Assembly (NCBI GenBank): GCA_040902515.1
Contig: JBBDXB010000006.1
Coordinates: 335,814-399,813, forward strand
Source: Patescibacteria group bacterium
GTDB taxonomy: Bacteria; Patescibacteriota; SICC01
DNA length: 64,000 bases
Reading direction: 5' to 3'
How positions within the stretch are numbered: the stretch's first letter is position 1; every line of letters begins with the position of its first letter. The notes beneath the pieces were generated by a model. It was not told the origin of the DNA. It ran no database searches and was given only the letters and a program-made list of their open reading frames with translations. The position numbers and the translations under genes are program-made. Shown one piece after another: positions 7,104 through 16,313 of the stretch.

Positions 7104-8042
7104 CTAGTTGTTCTCGCCGGACCGCTTCTTGGCCGCGCCCATTTGTATCCGGGCTTCCTTGCGGCCGCGCTTGATGCCATGCCAGACGAGGCGCCCCAGT
7201 TCCGCAGCTAGGCGGAACGGCATGGCGACGACCCATTTGGCGGGATTGCTTTTCTTATACGTCTTGATGATGCGCTGAATTGATCCCTCTACGGCCCGCA
7301 TGGTCTCGGATGCCGGCTGCCCCTGCGCTTCGAATTCATGGATCTGGTCCTGCCGATGCTTCCGGGCGCGCGCCAGCCAGTCTTCCGTGATCTCCTTTTC
7401 CTTCAGTTCGTTCAGCGCTTTCCGGCGCTCCAGGTACTTTTCCCATGGCCACCAGCGCGCCCCCTGTTCGGATGTCCGATCGATGTGGTTTTGCACGTTG
7501 TTCAGGGTCTCTTCGCGGCGAAGCTGTTCCGCCAGGTCCTTGACCTCGATTTCATCACGCACATCCGCGCGATCGATGCGCCGCTTGGTCCGGCCCGAGG
7601 CGTTCTCGTAGGCAGCGGTCGCGTCCTGGGTGGCCGCCACAGTATCCAGTCCGGATTTAGTCGCGAAGTCGTACTCCTCTTGCTTCATGAAACGGCCCCT
7701 GGAGTCCCGCTTGGGAGTCTTGCGGCGCAATGTACTTTCCGCGTGTTTCAGTTCTCGTTCCTCGATATCCTCCGTAATCTCGACGCCCTTTTCGCTGAGC
7801 CGATGCAACCGGGCCCGCGTTTCCGCGAGCGCTTCCTCGCGTGAAGCCTCGTGGGCCTCCGAGTAGAGGCCCCAGGCTTCTTCCTCGGCTCTACTGACGA
7901 TCTCGTCCTGCATCTCCGGCGAAGAAGTCTCGAAGAAGTCCTTCTGTCGCTGTTCGAGGTGCTCAGGACCACGTTTTGCTTCGTCCGGCGCCGGTTGTTC
8001 GCGTTCACTCATGGTATTTTCAAAATTGCTTAATGGTAGCAC
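7104..8042 (-). CDS. hypothetical highly charged (E/R/K-rich) coiled-coil protein; start at GTG 8042 or ATG 8012
   Basis: Long ORF with no SD at either start. Composition suggests an extended alpha-helical protein. Confidence 0.45.
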   Translation of the reverse strand: MLPLSNFENTMSEREQPAPDEAKRGPEHLEQRQKDFFETSSPEMQDEIVSRAEEEAWGLYSEAHEASREEALAETRARLHRLSEKGVEITEDIEERELKHAESTLRRKTPKRDSRGRFMKQEEYDFATKSGLDTVAATQDATAAYENASGRTKRRIDRADVRDEIEVKDLAEQLRREETLNNVQNHIDRTSEQGARWWPWEKYLERRKALNELKEKEITEDWLARARKHRQDQIHEFEAQGQPASETMRAVEGSIQRIIKTYKKSNPAKWVVAMPFRLAAELGRLVWHGIKRGRKEARIQMGAAKKRSGENN

Positions 8043-8126
8043 TAAATCGCTAAGCAGTCAAGGGGTTGCGGTCAGCACATGGCTTGAGCCCGGTCAGCCG
8101 CGGCCATGCTCTGCTACCGTTAAGGC

Positions 8127-9665
8127 ATGATCGCCGTCCATAGTTTCGGCTCGCAGTTCACGCATCTGATCGCTCGGCGACTCCGGGCGCTGAACGTCCA
8201 CGCCGAGGTATTCGCACCGGACGTGCCGGCCAAGGAGCTCGCCGCCCGGAAACCGTCCGGCATCATCCTGTCCGGCGGCCCCGCCTCCGTGTCCGATCCT
8301 GGCGCACCGGGCGTGGATCCGGCGTTGTTCGAACTCGGCGTCCCGGTGCTCGGCATCTGTTACGGCGAGCAGCTGATGGTGAAGCTCCTCGGCGGCACGG
8401 TCGGGAAAGGCGAATCAGGACAGTACGGCAAGGAGACGGTGAAGAACGCCGCGGACGCCGGGACGCTCCTTGGGGGACTGCCGGACAAACATGTCGTCTG
8501 GTTTTCCCACGGCGACCAGGTCTCGAAGCTCCCCGACGGATTCCGGGCGATCGGCCGCACCGCCACCTGCGAGTTCGCGGCGATCGCCGATCCGGACCGC
8601 CGACTCTTCGGGCTCCAGTTCCATCCCGAAGTGGTGCATACCGAGTACGGCACCGACATCCTCCAGAACTTCGCGCTCAAGATCTGCGGCGACCCTGCCG
8701 ACTGGACCATCGGGCATGCGCGGGAAACGATTACCGCCGAACTCGTGAAGCAGCTCGGTACGGAGGGCGACGTGATCGTCGGCGTGTCCGGTGGCGTGGA
8801 CTCGATGGTCGCGGCGACGCTCCTGAACGAACTCATTCCGGACCGGCTCCATGCCGTGTTCGTGGATACCGGCCTGCTCCGCCAGGACGAGGCCGGGGAG
8901 GTCAGCACGGTCTTCGCCGAGCGGGGCTTCCGCGACTTCCGCCGCATCGACGCGGTGGACACGTTTCTCGGGAAGCTCGCCGGGGTCACCGACCCGGAAA
9001 AGAAACGGAAGATCATCGGGCACACGTTCATCGAACTATTCGAGGCGGAGGCCGAACAGATCGAAAAGGACGCGCCGGTCCGGTTCCTTGCGCAAGGCAC
9101 GATTTATCCCGACCGGATCGAATCGGCGCAGCCGTCCAAGCACGCCGCGAAGATCAAGAGTCACCACAACCTGACGCTGCCGGAGAAGCTGAGGCTCGAG
9201 ATCGTCGAGCCGCTGGGTGAGCTTTACAAGGACGAGGTCCGGGAGCTTGGTTTCCAGCTGGGTCTGCCGGCGCACCTCGTGGGACGACACCCGTTCCCCG
9301 GGCCGGGCCTCGCGATCCGGATCCTCGGTGACGTCACGCCGGAACGCGTCCGGACCCTCCAGGCCGCGGACGCGATCTACCAGCAGGAGCTGCGGACCAG
9401 CGGTGAGTACGACAAGATCTGGCAGGCGTTCGCGGCGCTGCTGCCGGTCAAGAGCGTCGGGGTGATGGGCGACGCTCGCACGTACGAAGACATCATCAGC
9501 CTGCGCGCGGTGAACTCGGTGGATGGCATGACCGCCGACTGGTACCGGTTCCCGCCGGAGGTGCTGGAGCGGGCCTCGTCGCGGATCGTCAACGAGGTGA
9601 CCGGCGTGAACCGCGTCCTCTATGACGTGACCCAGAAACCGCCGGGCACGATCGAGTACGAATAG
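8127..9665 (+). CDS. guaA: GMP synthase (glutamine-hydrolysing)
   Basis: N-terminal class-I glutamine amidotransferase domain, ATP-PPase SGGVDS motif and C-terminal dimerisation domain ending …GTIEYE. Confidence 0.95.
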   Translation: MIAVHSFGSQFTHLIARRLRALNVHAEVFAPDVPAKELAARKPSGIILSGGPASVSDPGAPGVDPALFELGVPVLGICYGEQLMVKLLGGTVGKGESGQYGKETVKNAADAGTLLGGLPDKHVVWFSHGDQVSKLPDGFRAIGRTATCEFAAIADPDRRLFGLQFHPEVVHTEYGTDILQNFALKICGDPADWTIGHARETITAELVKQLGTEGDVIVGVSGGVDSMVAATLLNELIPDRLHAVFVDTGLLRQDEAGEVSTVFAERGFRDFRRIDAVDTFLGKLAGVTDPEKKRKIIGHTFIELFEAEAEQIEKDAPVRFLAQGTIYPDRIESAQPSKHAAKIKSHHNLTLPEKLRLEIVEPLGELYKDEVRELGFQLGLPAHLVGRHPFPGPGLAIRILGDVTPERVRTLQAADAIYQQELRTSGEYDKIWQAFAALLPVKSVGVMGDARTYEDIISLRAVNSVDGMTADWYRFPPEVLERASSRIVNEVTGVNRVLYDVTQKPPGTIEYE

Positions 9666-9739
9666 ACCCCGCCGACGCTCCCCAGCACTTGACTGGTTGC
9701 TTTAAAAGTGCTAGGATTAGGCAATTTTAAACAAACCCA

Positions 9740-11014
9740 GTGATTGAACGAACAGACATGGACAGTGCCGCGGAAGCCGCCCAAGAGGAGGCGTATCATG
9801 CCGCGGCCGCCAATCACGAGACGGTAGGCGCGGCGGCGTCCCCGCAAGCTACGGCCCGCGGATTCCGAATCCGCAAGCCGTTCGTCATCGGTGGCACGGC
9901 ACTGGCCGTCCTGGTGGCCGGAGGCGTCGCGGCGTACATGTACCTCTACCAGACGCCCGAGCGGATCATGGGAGCGATGTTCGAGCGGCTCGAGGACGTC
10001 GAAGCGTTCGAGTACGCCGGCGAAGTGAAAGGTGAGTACCGTACGGAACCGACGGAACCGGCGGAGGGAGCCGTCAATCCGATTCCCGCGTCTCCCGTCC
10101 AGGAAGGTGACTTCTCGTTCCGGTCCGAAGGAACGATTGACGTAGGAGATGAAGACGAACCTAAGTTCCAAGGACTGCTCGCGATCGCGTTCGGCACGGA
10201 GGGATTGGATATTACCGGCGAAGCGGAGGCCCGCAGTATCGGCGATACCAGCTACTTCAAGTTGAACGAAGTGCCGACGTTCGGCATCATCCCCTTGGAG
10301 GAATTCAAGAACCAGTGGTTCGAAGTCGACCCGGAATCCGTGAAGAGAGAGACCGGCGTGGACATTACCGAAGAAAGCCAGGAATGGCTGGACCGGGACA
10401 CACAACAGCAGATCAGCGAAGCCTTCCGCGAATCCGACCCGCTCATTCTGGAAAAGAAAGGCAGCGAGGAAGTGGAAGGCACCGCGACTCATCGGATCGG
10501 CTATCGGGTGGACGAAGGGAAGTTCAGGACATTCGTGGCAGAGCTGTACCGGATCGTCGAAGACGGGGAGATGAACGATGACCAGCGCCAGGAACTGGAC
10601 GACGCGCTGGAGGAGGTTGAATTCAAGCCCGGCGACCTTTGGGTCGGGAAAAGCGATTACCTGCCTCGGAAAATCACCGGCGGTTTCTCGGGGAAGGATG
10701 GAACCGGAAGCACCACGCTGACCATCGAGCTTTCATTCAAGAACTACAACCGGGACGCACCGGATATCACCGCACCGGAAGGCGCCAAGCCAGCTTCCGA
10801 ATTGTCTTCCCTGCTCGGAGGCGGTACGGGTGCCGGTGAAGGGGAGGATGCCGACCGGGACGGTCTCACGGACGCCGAGGAATCACTTTACAAGACCGAT
10901 CCTGGGCGTGCCGACACCGACGGTGACGGGCATACGGACGGTGACGAGGTAGAGAACGGATACGACCCCCTCGGTCCCGGCCGCCTCAGGCCCGGCACCC
11001 AGCCTGCCATCTGA
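9740..11014 (+). CDS. hypothetical membrane-anchored acidic protein with C-terminal thrombospondin-type-3-like Ca-binding repeats (DxDxDG)
   Basis: N-terminal TM segment. C-terminus DADRDGLTDAEE…DTDGDGHTDGDEVENGYDP. Lies just upstream of pilB. Confidence 0.5.
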   Translation: MIERTDMDSAAEAAQEEAYHAAAANHETVGAAASPQATARGFRIRKPFVIGGTALAVLVAGGVAAYMYLYQTPERIMGAMFERLEDVEAFEYAGEVKGEYRTEPTEPAEGAVNPIPASPVQEGDFSFRSEGTIDVGDEDEPKFQGLLAIAFGTEGLDITGEAEARSIGDTSYFKLNEVPTFGIIPLEEFKNQWFEVDPESVKRETGVDITEESQEWLDRDTQQQISEAFRESDPLILEKKGSEEVEGTATHRIGYRVDEGKFRTFVAELYRIVEDGEMNDDQRQELDDALEEVEFKPGDLWVGKSDYLPRKITGGFSGKDGTGSTTLTIELSFKNYNRDAPDITAPEGAKPASELSSLLGGGTGAGEGEDADRDGLTDAEESLYKTDPGRADTDGDGHTDGDEVENGYDPLGPGRLRPGTQPAI

Positions 11015-11076
11015 CCCGCGTTCGCGACGAAGATTGAAAACCCCTGCCCGCTCTGCCATGATGGGCTTTTTCAGCA

Positions 11077-11105
11077 TTGACAAAAACGTCTAAAAATGTT
11101 ATGGT
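11077..11105 (+). promoter_or_regulatory. sigma70-type promoter TTGACA-17-TATGGT upstream of pilB (very short leader)
   Basis: -35 at 11077-11082, -10 at 11100-11105. pilB ATG at 11118 leaves a leader of only about 5 nt. Confidence 0.5.
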
Positions 11106-11117
11106 TACGTAATTTCC

Positions 11118-13031
11118 ATGTCACATGAACTCACACCGCGGGAGCAGGCAAAGCTTGAGGACTTCGTCCGCAAGGGCTTGGGCGGTACCGCGGATACGCC
11201 GCCGTCTCCGAAGGACGAGACCGGTTCATCGCTTCGGGAACAGGACGAGGAACAGCGCGAGAAGCTGTCGCCCGTAAGCCCGTCGGTCAAGAGCAGCAAA
11301 CGGGTCGTGCAGGAGTCGGGCTCGGCACCCTCGAAGCAGAAGAAGGATGACGATGACGATATCGACCTGTTCGCCCGCGGCAACGTGAGTCGGGTGGTCG
11401 ATGAGTTCAGGGCCGAGAAAGTCGAGAAAGAGCAGCGGGCCGTCGCCAAGAAGGCCGGCCTGCCTTTCGTGCGGCTGATGGGATACCCGATCAGTCCGGA
11501 GGTGCTCGCCCTGATCCCACGGGAGATCGCCGAAAAGTACGGCGTGATCTCCTACATCAAGGTCGGCAACAAGGTGCGGGTCGGTGTCCGGCATCCCGGC
11601 ACGAAACAGACCGCGCAGGTACTGGAATCGCTCAACCGGGCGACGGACCATGACTACCTCGTGTCGGCGATCGGTGAGGATTCCTATCGTTACGCACTCA
11701 AGCTGTATGACGAACTGCCTGCGGCACGCGCAGCCACGTCGGATGTCTCCGTGGACGAGAAGGAAAAGAAATCGTTCGAGACGGACATCCAATCGTTCCT
11801 CGATCTCCGGTCCCGGATCAAGGACGTGCCGACCACCAAGGTCGTCGACACGCTCCTGACCGGCGCGGTAAAGGTGGGCGCCTCCGACGTCCACATCGAA
11901 CCGATGGAGGAGGGGGTACGGATCCGCTACCGGATCGACGGCGTGCTGCACACCGTTGCCGACTTCAAGACCGACATCCTGCAGAGCCTCCTATCCCGGC
12001 TGAAGTTCCTGGCCAAGCTCAAGCTGGACGTGAACCGCCTGCCGCAGGACGGCCGGTTCACGATCACGGACAAGCAGCAGGACCGGAGCGTCGAGCTCGA
12101 CGTCCGGGTGGCGACGATCCCTTCCCAATACGGCGAAGCGATCACCATGCGGCTCCTGAACCGCGATGCGACGGGTATCACGCTCGACGCGCTCGGCCTC
12201 ACCGGGGAAGCCCGCCGGAAGGTGCTGGCGGCGATCGATCGGCCGCAGGGCATGGTGCTGGAATGCGGTCCGACCGGTTCCGGTAAGACCACCACGCTCT
12301 ACTCGCTGCTCACGCGGCTCAACGATCCCGGCAAGAAACTCGTGACGCTGGAGGATCCGGTGGAGTACCGGCTGCCCGGCGTGATGCAGTCGCAGGTGGA
12401 TCCCGCCCACGGGTACGATTTCGCGGAAGGATTCCGCTCGGTCCTCCGGCTCGACCCCGACGTGCTGATGATCGGTGAGATCCGTGACAGCAAGACCGCC
12501 GACCAGGCGGTGCAGGCTTCCCTGACCGGCCACATCGTGCTCTCGACGCTGCATACCAACGATGCCCCGACCGCGATCCCGCGGCTTACGGACATCGGCG
12601 TCCGGCCGTTCCTGCTCGCCAACGCGATCAACGCGATCATCGCGCAGCGGCTGGTGCGGAAGATCTGCATCCATTGCGCGGCCGAGACCAAGCCGGACAC
12701 GGCCACACTCGAGGCGGTGCAGGAGGTGCTCAAGGCGTTGCCGGAACATGCCAAGGACAGCCTGCCGCCGAAGAAAGAATGGCTGTTCATGAAGGGCAAG
12801 GGCTGCGCGCAGTGCAACGGCACCGGCTTCTCCGGCCGCATCGGCATCTTCGAGGTGCTGGTGATCAGCGACGAGATCGAGCGGTTGGCGATGAACCGCG
12901 CGCCGATCAGCCAACTCCGGCAAGCGGCCCACCGGACGGGTATGATGACGATGGAACAGGACGGCTTGCTGAAGGCCTTGGCGGGCGTTACGACGATCAG
13001 CGAGGTCTGGCGGGTCGCACGTAACGTCTGA
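11118..13031 (+). CDS. pilB: type IV pilus / type II secretion assembly ATPase (GspE/PilB family) with ~120-aa disordered N-terminal extension
   Basis: Walker A GPTGSGKTT, Asp and His boxes, tetracysteine motif (CIHCAAE…CAQCNGTG), T2SSE N-terminal domain. Confidence 0.9.
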   Translation: MSHELTPREQAKLEDFVRKGLGGTADTPPSPKDETGSSLREQDEEQREKLSPVSPSVKSSKRVVQESGSAPSKQKKDDDDDIDLFARGNVSRVVDEFRAEKVEKEQRAVAKKAGLPFVRLMGYPISPEVLALIPREIAEKYGVISYIKVGNKVRVGVRHPGTKQTAQVLESLNRATDHDYLVSAIGEDSYRYALKLYDELPAARAATSDVSVDEKEKKSFETDIQSFLDLRSRIKDVPTTKVVDTLLTGAVKVGASDVHIEPMEEGVRIRYRIDGVLHTVADFKTDILQSLLSRLKFLAKLKLDVNRLPQDGRFTITDKQQDRSVELDVRVATIPSQYGEAITMRLLNRDATGITLDALGLTGEARRKVLAAIDRPQGMVLECGPTGSGKTTTLYSLLTRLNDPGKKLVTLEDPVEYRLPGVMQSQVDPAHGYDFAEGFRSVLRLDPDVLMIGEIRDSKTADQAVQASLTGHIVLSTLHTNDAPTAIPRLTDIGVRPFLLANAINAIIAQRLVRKICIHCAAETKPDTATLEAVQEVLKALPEHAKDSLPPKKEWLFMKGKGCAQCNGTGFSGRIGIFEVLVISDEIERLAMNRAPISQLRQAAHRTGMMTMEQDGLLKALAGVTTISEVWRVARNV

Positions 13032-13041
13032 GCGCGGCACC

Positions 13042-14511
13042 GTGATACGAATACCCAACCGAACCAGAACGCTGATGATGATCGGGCTGCTCTGCCTGGT
13101 GATGACGTTCGGCGTGGTGTACGGAGGGCAGGCCGCTGCCCAGGACGGAGCGCAGGACGAACTCAGCCAGGCGCGTCAGGAAAAGGCGTTCTACTCGTCG
13201 CAGCAACGGCAGCTCGACGGAGCGCAGGCGGCGTCCGAAACGGACCTTGCGCTGGCACGGGCCGAGCTGGCGAAGCAACGCAAGGTCGTGGAGCTGAGCC
13301 TGGCGAAGGTCGAGCGCATCAATCGGGACCTCACCATCTTGAAGGCCCAACGCGGCCAGGCGATGGAAGAATCGTATATCTCCTCCGGCGGTGATAACAC
13401 GCTGCTTTATGCGCTGGTCGATTCCGGCTCTCTGAGCGAATTCCTGCGACGGGGGCAGTACACAATCTTCCTGGTCGACCATGCGGAAGGGCTGGTGGAC
13501 CGGATCGATGGCGAGATCCGGGCGCTGGATGACGAACGCCGCGACCTGATCACCAAGAAGAACGCGCTGGAGGCGGACATCGGCGCACTCAGCGAACGGG
13601 TCGCACTGCTCAAGCTGCAGCTGGAGGCTGCGGGAGAAAACCTGGAGCGGGCCGCCGCGCGGGAAGCGTACCTGCTCTCGGTCGCCAGCTTCCTGGAGGA
13701 AAACGATCGTGACTTCGTGAAGCGGAACGAGCCAGTCGGCGGACGGTTCGCGTTCGGCGGCGGCGGCACCGAGCACGGGCTCGGCATGTCGCAGTACGGC
13801 GCCAAGGGTGCGGCGGAACGCGGCCGGAACTACAAGGAGATCCTCTCGCACTACTACCGCGGGACGTCGATCAAGAAGGTCGGCAGCTTCGAGGTAGCTG
13901 GGCAGGGAGAGTCCGAGGCGTACGTCGCCCGGGTGGTAGCGGGAGAGGTGAGTGCCAGTTGGCCGATGGAGACACTCAAAGCCCAGGCGCTGGCGGCCCG
14001 GAGCTATGCATATCGGAACCGCGGGAATCAGGACTGTACGCCGCAGACGCAGGCCTGCGGTCAGCCGCGCGACCGGATCCGAGAGGCGGTCGAAGCTACG
14101 CGCGGTCAGGTGCTGACCTACGACGGCCAGGTCGTCCCCGCGTACTATCATTCCACGTCGGGTGGCTGGACGGAACACAACGAAAACGTCTGGGGCGGTA
14201 CGCCGCTGCCGTGGCTTCGGGGCGTGTCGAGTCCGTGGGAAACGGACTCACCCCACTGGTACTGGGAATCGAAGCACTATTCCCGGGCGCAGATGGAGGG
14301 AATCTTGAAGCAGGATCCGCGGACGTCGGTCGGGCGGCTCGAGACCGTCAAGATCATCGGGCGGGGCGTTTCGGGCCGGGTGACCGCGGTGGAGATCCGC
14401 GGATCGGCTGGAACCAAGACCGTGTCCGGCCCGCGCTTCAAGGCGATCTTCAATGCGTACTCGCCGGCAGACGAGCCGGGCCTCCGGTCAACGTTGTTCG
14501 GGTTCAGGTAA
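13042..14511 (+). CDS. SpoIID/LytB-domain protein with signal/TM and a long N-terminal coiled coil
   Basis: SpoIID-domain motifs (GGGTEHGLGMSQYGAKG; LKAQALAARSYAYRN; YHSTSGGWTE). Confidence 0.8.
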   Translation: MIRIPNRTRTLMMIGLLCLVMTFGVVYGGQAAAQDGAQDELSQARQEKAFYSSQQRQLDGAQAASETDLALARAELAKQRKVVELSLAKVERINRDLTILKAQRGQAMEESYISSGGDNTLLYALVDSGSLSEFLRRGQYTIFLVDHAEGLVDRIDGEIRALDDERRDLITKKNALEADIGALSERVALLKLQLEAAGENLERAAAREAYLLSVASFLEENDRDFVKRNEPVGGRFAFGGGGTEHGLGMSQYGAKGAAERGRNYKEILSHYYRGTSIKKVGSFEVAGQGESEAYVARVVAGEVSASWPMETLKAQALAARSYAYRNRGNQDCTPQTQACGQPRDRIREAVEATRGQVLTYDGQVVPAYYHSTSGGWTEHNENVWGGTPLPWLRGVSSPWETDSPHWYWESKHYSRAQMEGILKQDPRTSVGRLETVKIIGRGVSGRVTAVEIRGSAGTKTVSGPRFKAIFNAYSPADEPGLRSTLFGFR

Positions 14512-14608
14512 GCCAAAAGTAAAAGCCCCCGCGGAATCTGAAATGATTCGTTGGGGCGAAACCCGCCAGATCGTCGGTGCCTGGCGGGGGCGGATGCCTA
14601 TGCTGGGG

Positions 14609-15199
14609 TTATCGGGGGTGCATCACCCGGTCGACGCCATGTGCCTCGTCCCACCAGTCTATCCACACCTCGAGGTGCAGAAAGTTCTGATGGATCAGCG
14701 GTCCGTAGACAATGAGGGCGATCGTCGTGATGACGACGCTCGCAACCGTCTCGTGTGCCTGGTATGCCAGCAGGCCGCCGAGCACCAGCCAGACGATTCC
14801 CGAGCCGTAGAGTACCAGCGGGACATACCCGGTGTTCTTCCGCGGCTGGATGTAGCCGAACTCGACGACGAATACCACGGCGAGATAGGCGCTGATGACC
14901 CACCACGGGAGCACGCCGGCGTTAGCCAGCCAGAACGCAGCGGCAATCTGGAGTCCCAGGCTGAGGAACACGGCGTCGAGGGCGTGCCAGATTCCCCGAT
15001 CCTTCGGAGAACCCCACGACTCGCGTATCGTGAGGATCCGCTCCGCCAGCGCCCCGTCGAGCCCGTGGCTCAGGAGACCGGCGATGTACAGCCAGAACGC
15101 CTGCTCCGCGCTGACCGACACCGACGAGATTACCGGCAGGACCAGCAGGATGATGACGGGAACACGCACCAGCGTGATGATGTTCGGCAGCCAGTGCAT
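14609..15199 (-). CDS. CDP-alcohol phosphatidyltransferase family membrane protein (second copy)
   Basis: Multi-TM protein with a degenerate DG-x2-A-x…G…D-x3-D motif (LDGALAERILTIRESWGSPKDRGIWHALDAV). Confidence 0.5.
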   Translation of the reverse strand: MHWLPNIITLVRVPVIILLVLPVISSVSVSAEQAFWLYIAGLLSHGLDGALAERILTIRESWGSPKDRGIWHALDAVFLSLGLQIAAAFWLANAGVLPWWVISAYLAVVFVVEFGYIQPRKNTGYVPLVLYGSGIVWLVLGGLLAYQAHETVASVVITTIALIVYGPLIHQNFLHLEVWIDWWDEAHGVDRVMHPR

Positions 15200-15283
15200 G
15201 GCCGCACCTCCTTGTTCTGTGGGTGGATGAACGGCGGTCAGTTGGTAAGGTCCGACCGGGCAGTATATCGCCGGAGCGACGGC

Positions 15284-16252
15284 TTAATCAAGTGACGGTC
15301 GATACCCGAGCAGTTCCGAGCGCTTAAGGTACTCGGCCGTCTTGTCCGCATCGCCATCCAACCGTGCCAGCTCGGACTTGAGGTACCAGGAGTAGCCCCA
15401 GCCGGGATCCAGTTCGGTGGAGATATCGATGGCCCGGGCGGCTTCATCCCGCTCACCGAGTGCCAGCGCCGCCGCCGCCCACAGGTTCCAGGCATCGCGG
15501 TACTCCGGTTCGGTCTCGCTGGTGCGCTGCCCGATGATCCAGGCAGCCCGATGCTTGTCGAACTCGTACAGCAAGACGCCCCGTGCGACCCGGCGGCTGG
15601 TCTCGCCGGACATCCCGGCCATCCGGTCGAATGCCGCGAGCGACTCTCGCACGGCACCGTCCGGCACCTCGGTGAGCCGGTCCAGGAACGCGGCGACCAC
15701 CGGGTCGGGGTGGGAAGCGGCAGCCGGCGTATCGGCGACGTCCCGGAGAATCCGGACGCTTCGCTTCGGATCCTCGACCGAGTACGCTACCGCCAGCGGA
15801 TATGCCGCGATGACATTCCCGGCCGGTTCGTCTGCAAGCAAACGGATGACCGTGCCTGGGTCGGCGGCCTGGAGCGCGGCGTATGCCAGGCCGATCCGGA
15901 TCGTCTGATCGGAGGGAACGCCGATCCGGTCGCGGGCGTCTTCATACTCCTCGCCGGTCGTGGACGCTGCTTCGCCGAGCCGTGCCAGTTCGCCGTCCGC
16001 CCGCGCGAAGTGGCCGGTGGCCTGATCGAACTCACCGCGGAGATACGCGAGCACTCCGAGCGAGAGCGCCCGGTCGGACGCCGGAGCGATCGCGTGGGCG
16101 AATCGTGCCTGCTGGTAGGCGGTGTCGAGGTCACCATGGTCGAATGCAGCCCGGGCCTCGGTATCGAATGACTGCGCCTGTTCCGTCCGCCAGCCGGCCG
16201 AGGCGAACCAGATCGTGACAGCAAGTACGGTCATGGCCAACACCGCGGCCAT
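15284..16252 (-). CDS. TPR-repeat protein with N-terminal TM anchor
   Basis: The ORF extends to 16447 but would then overlap valS by 130 nt. ATG 16252 (MAAVLAMTVL…) is the first start clear of valS. Confidence 0.55.
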   Translation of the reverse strand: MAAVLAMTVLAVTIWFASAGWRTEQAQSFDTEARAAFDHGDLDTAYQQARFAHAIAPASDRALSLGVLAYLRGEFDQATGHFARADGELARLGEAASTTGEEYEDARDRIGVPSDQTIRIGLAYAALQAADPGTVIRLLADEPAGNVIAAYPLAVAYSVEDPKRSVRILRDVADTPAAASHPDPVVAAFLDRLTEVPDGAVRESLAAFDRMAGMSGETSRRVARGVLLYEFDKHRAAWIIGQRTSETEPEYRDAWNLWAAAALALGERDEAARAIDISTELDPGWGYSWYLKSELARLDGDADKTAEYLKRSELLGYRPSLD

Positions 16253-16313
16253 CAATACGACCAACCAGCGTCGTCCGTGCCGGCGCGTCCGGGCCGCGGG
16301 CCGCAGGCCGGCT

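Noticed and set aside
11991-14178. 355-aa and 393-aa minus-strand ORFs antisense to pilB and the SpoIID gene
   Set aside because: Both overlap well-supported plus-strand genes and have low-complexity R/L/P-rich translations.
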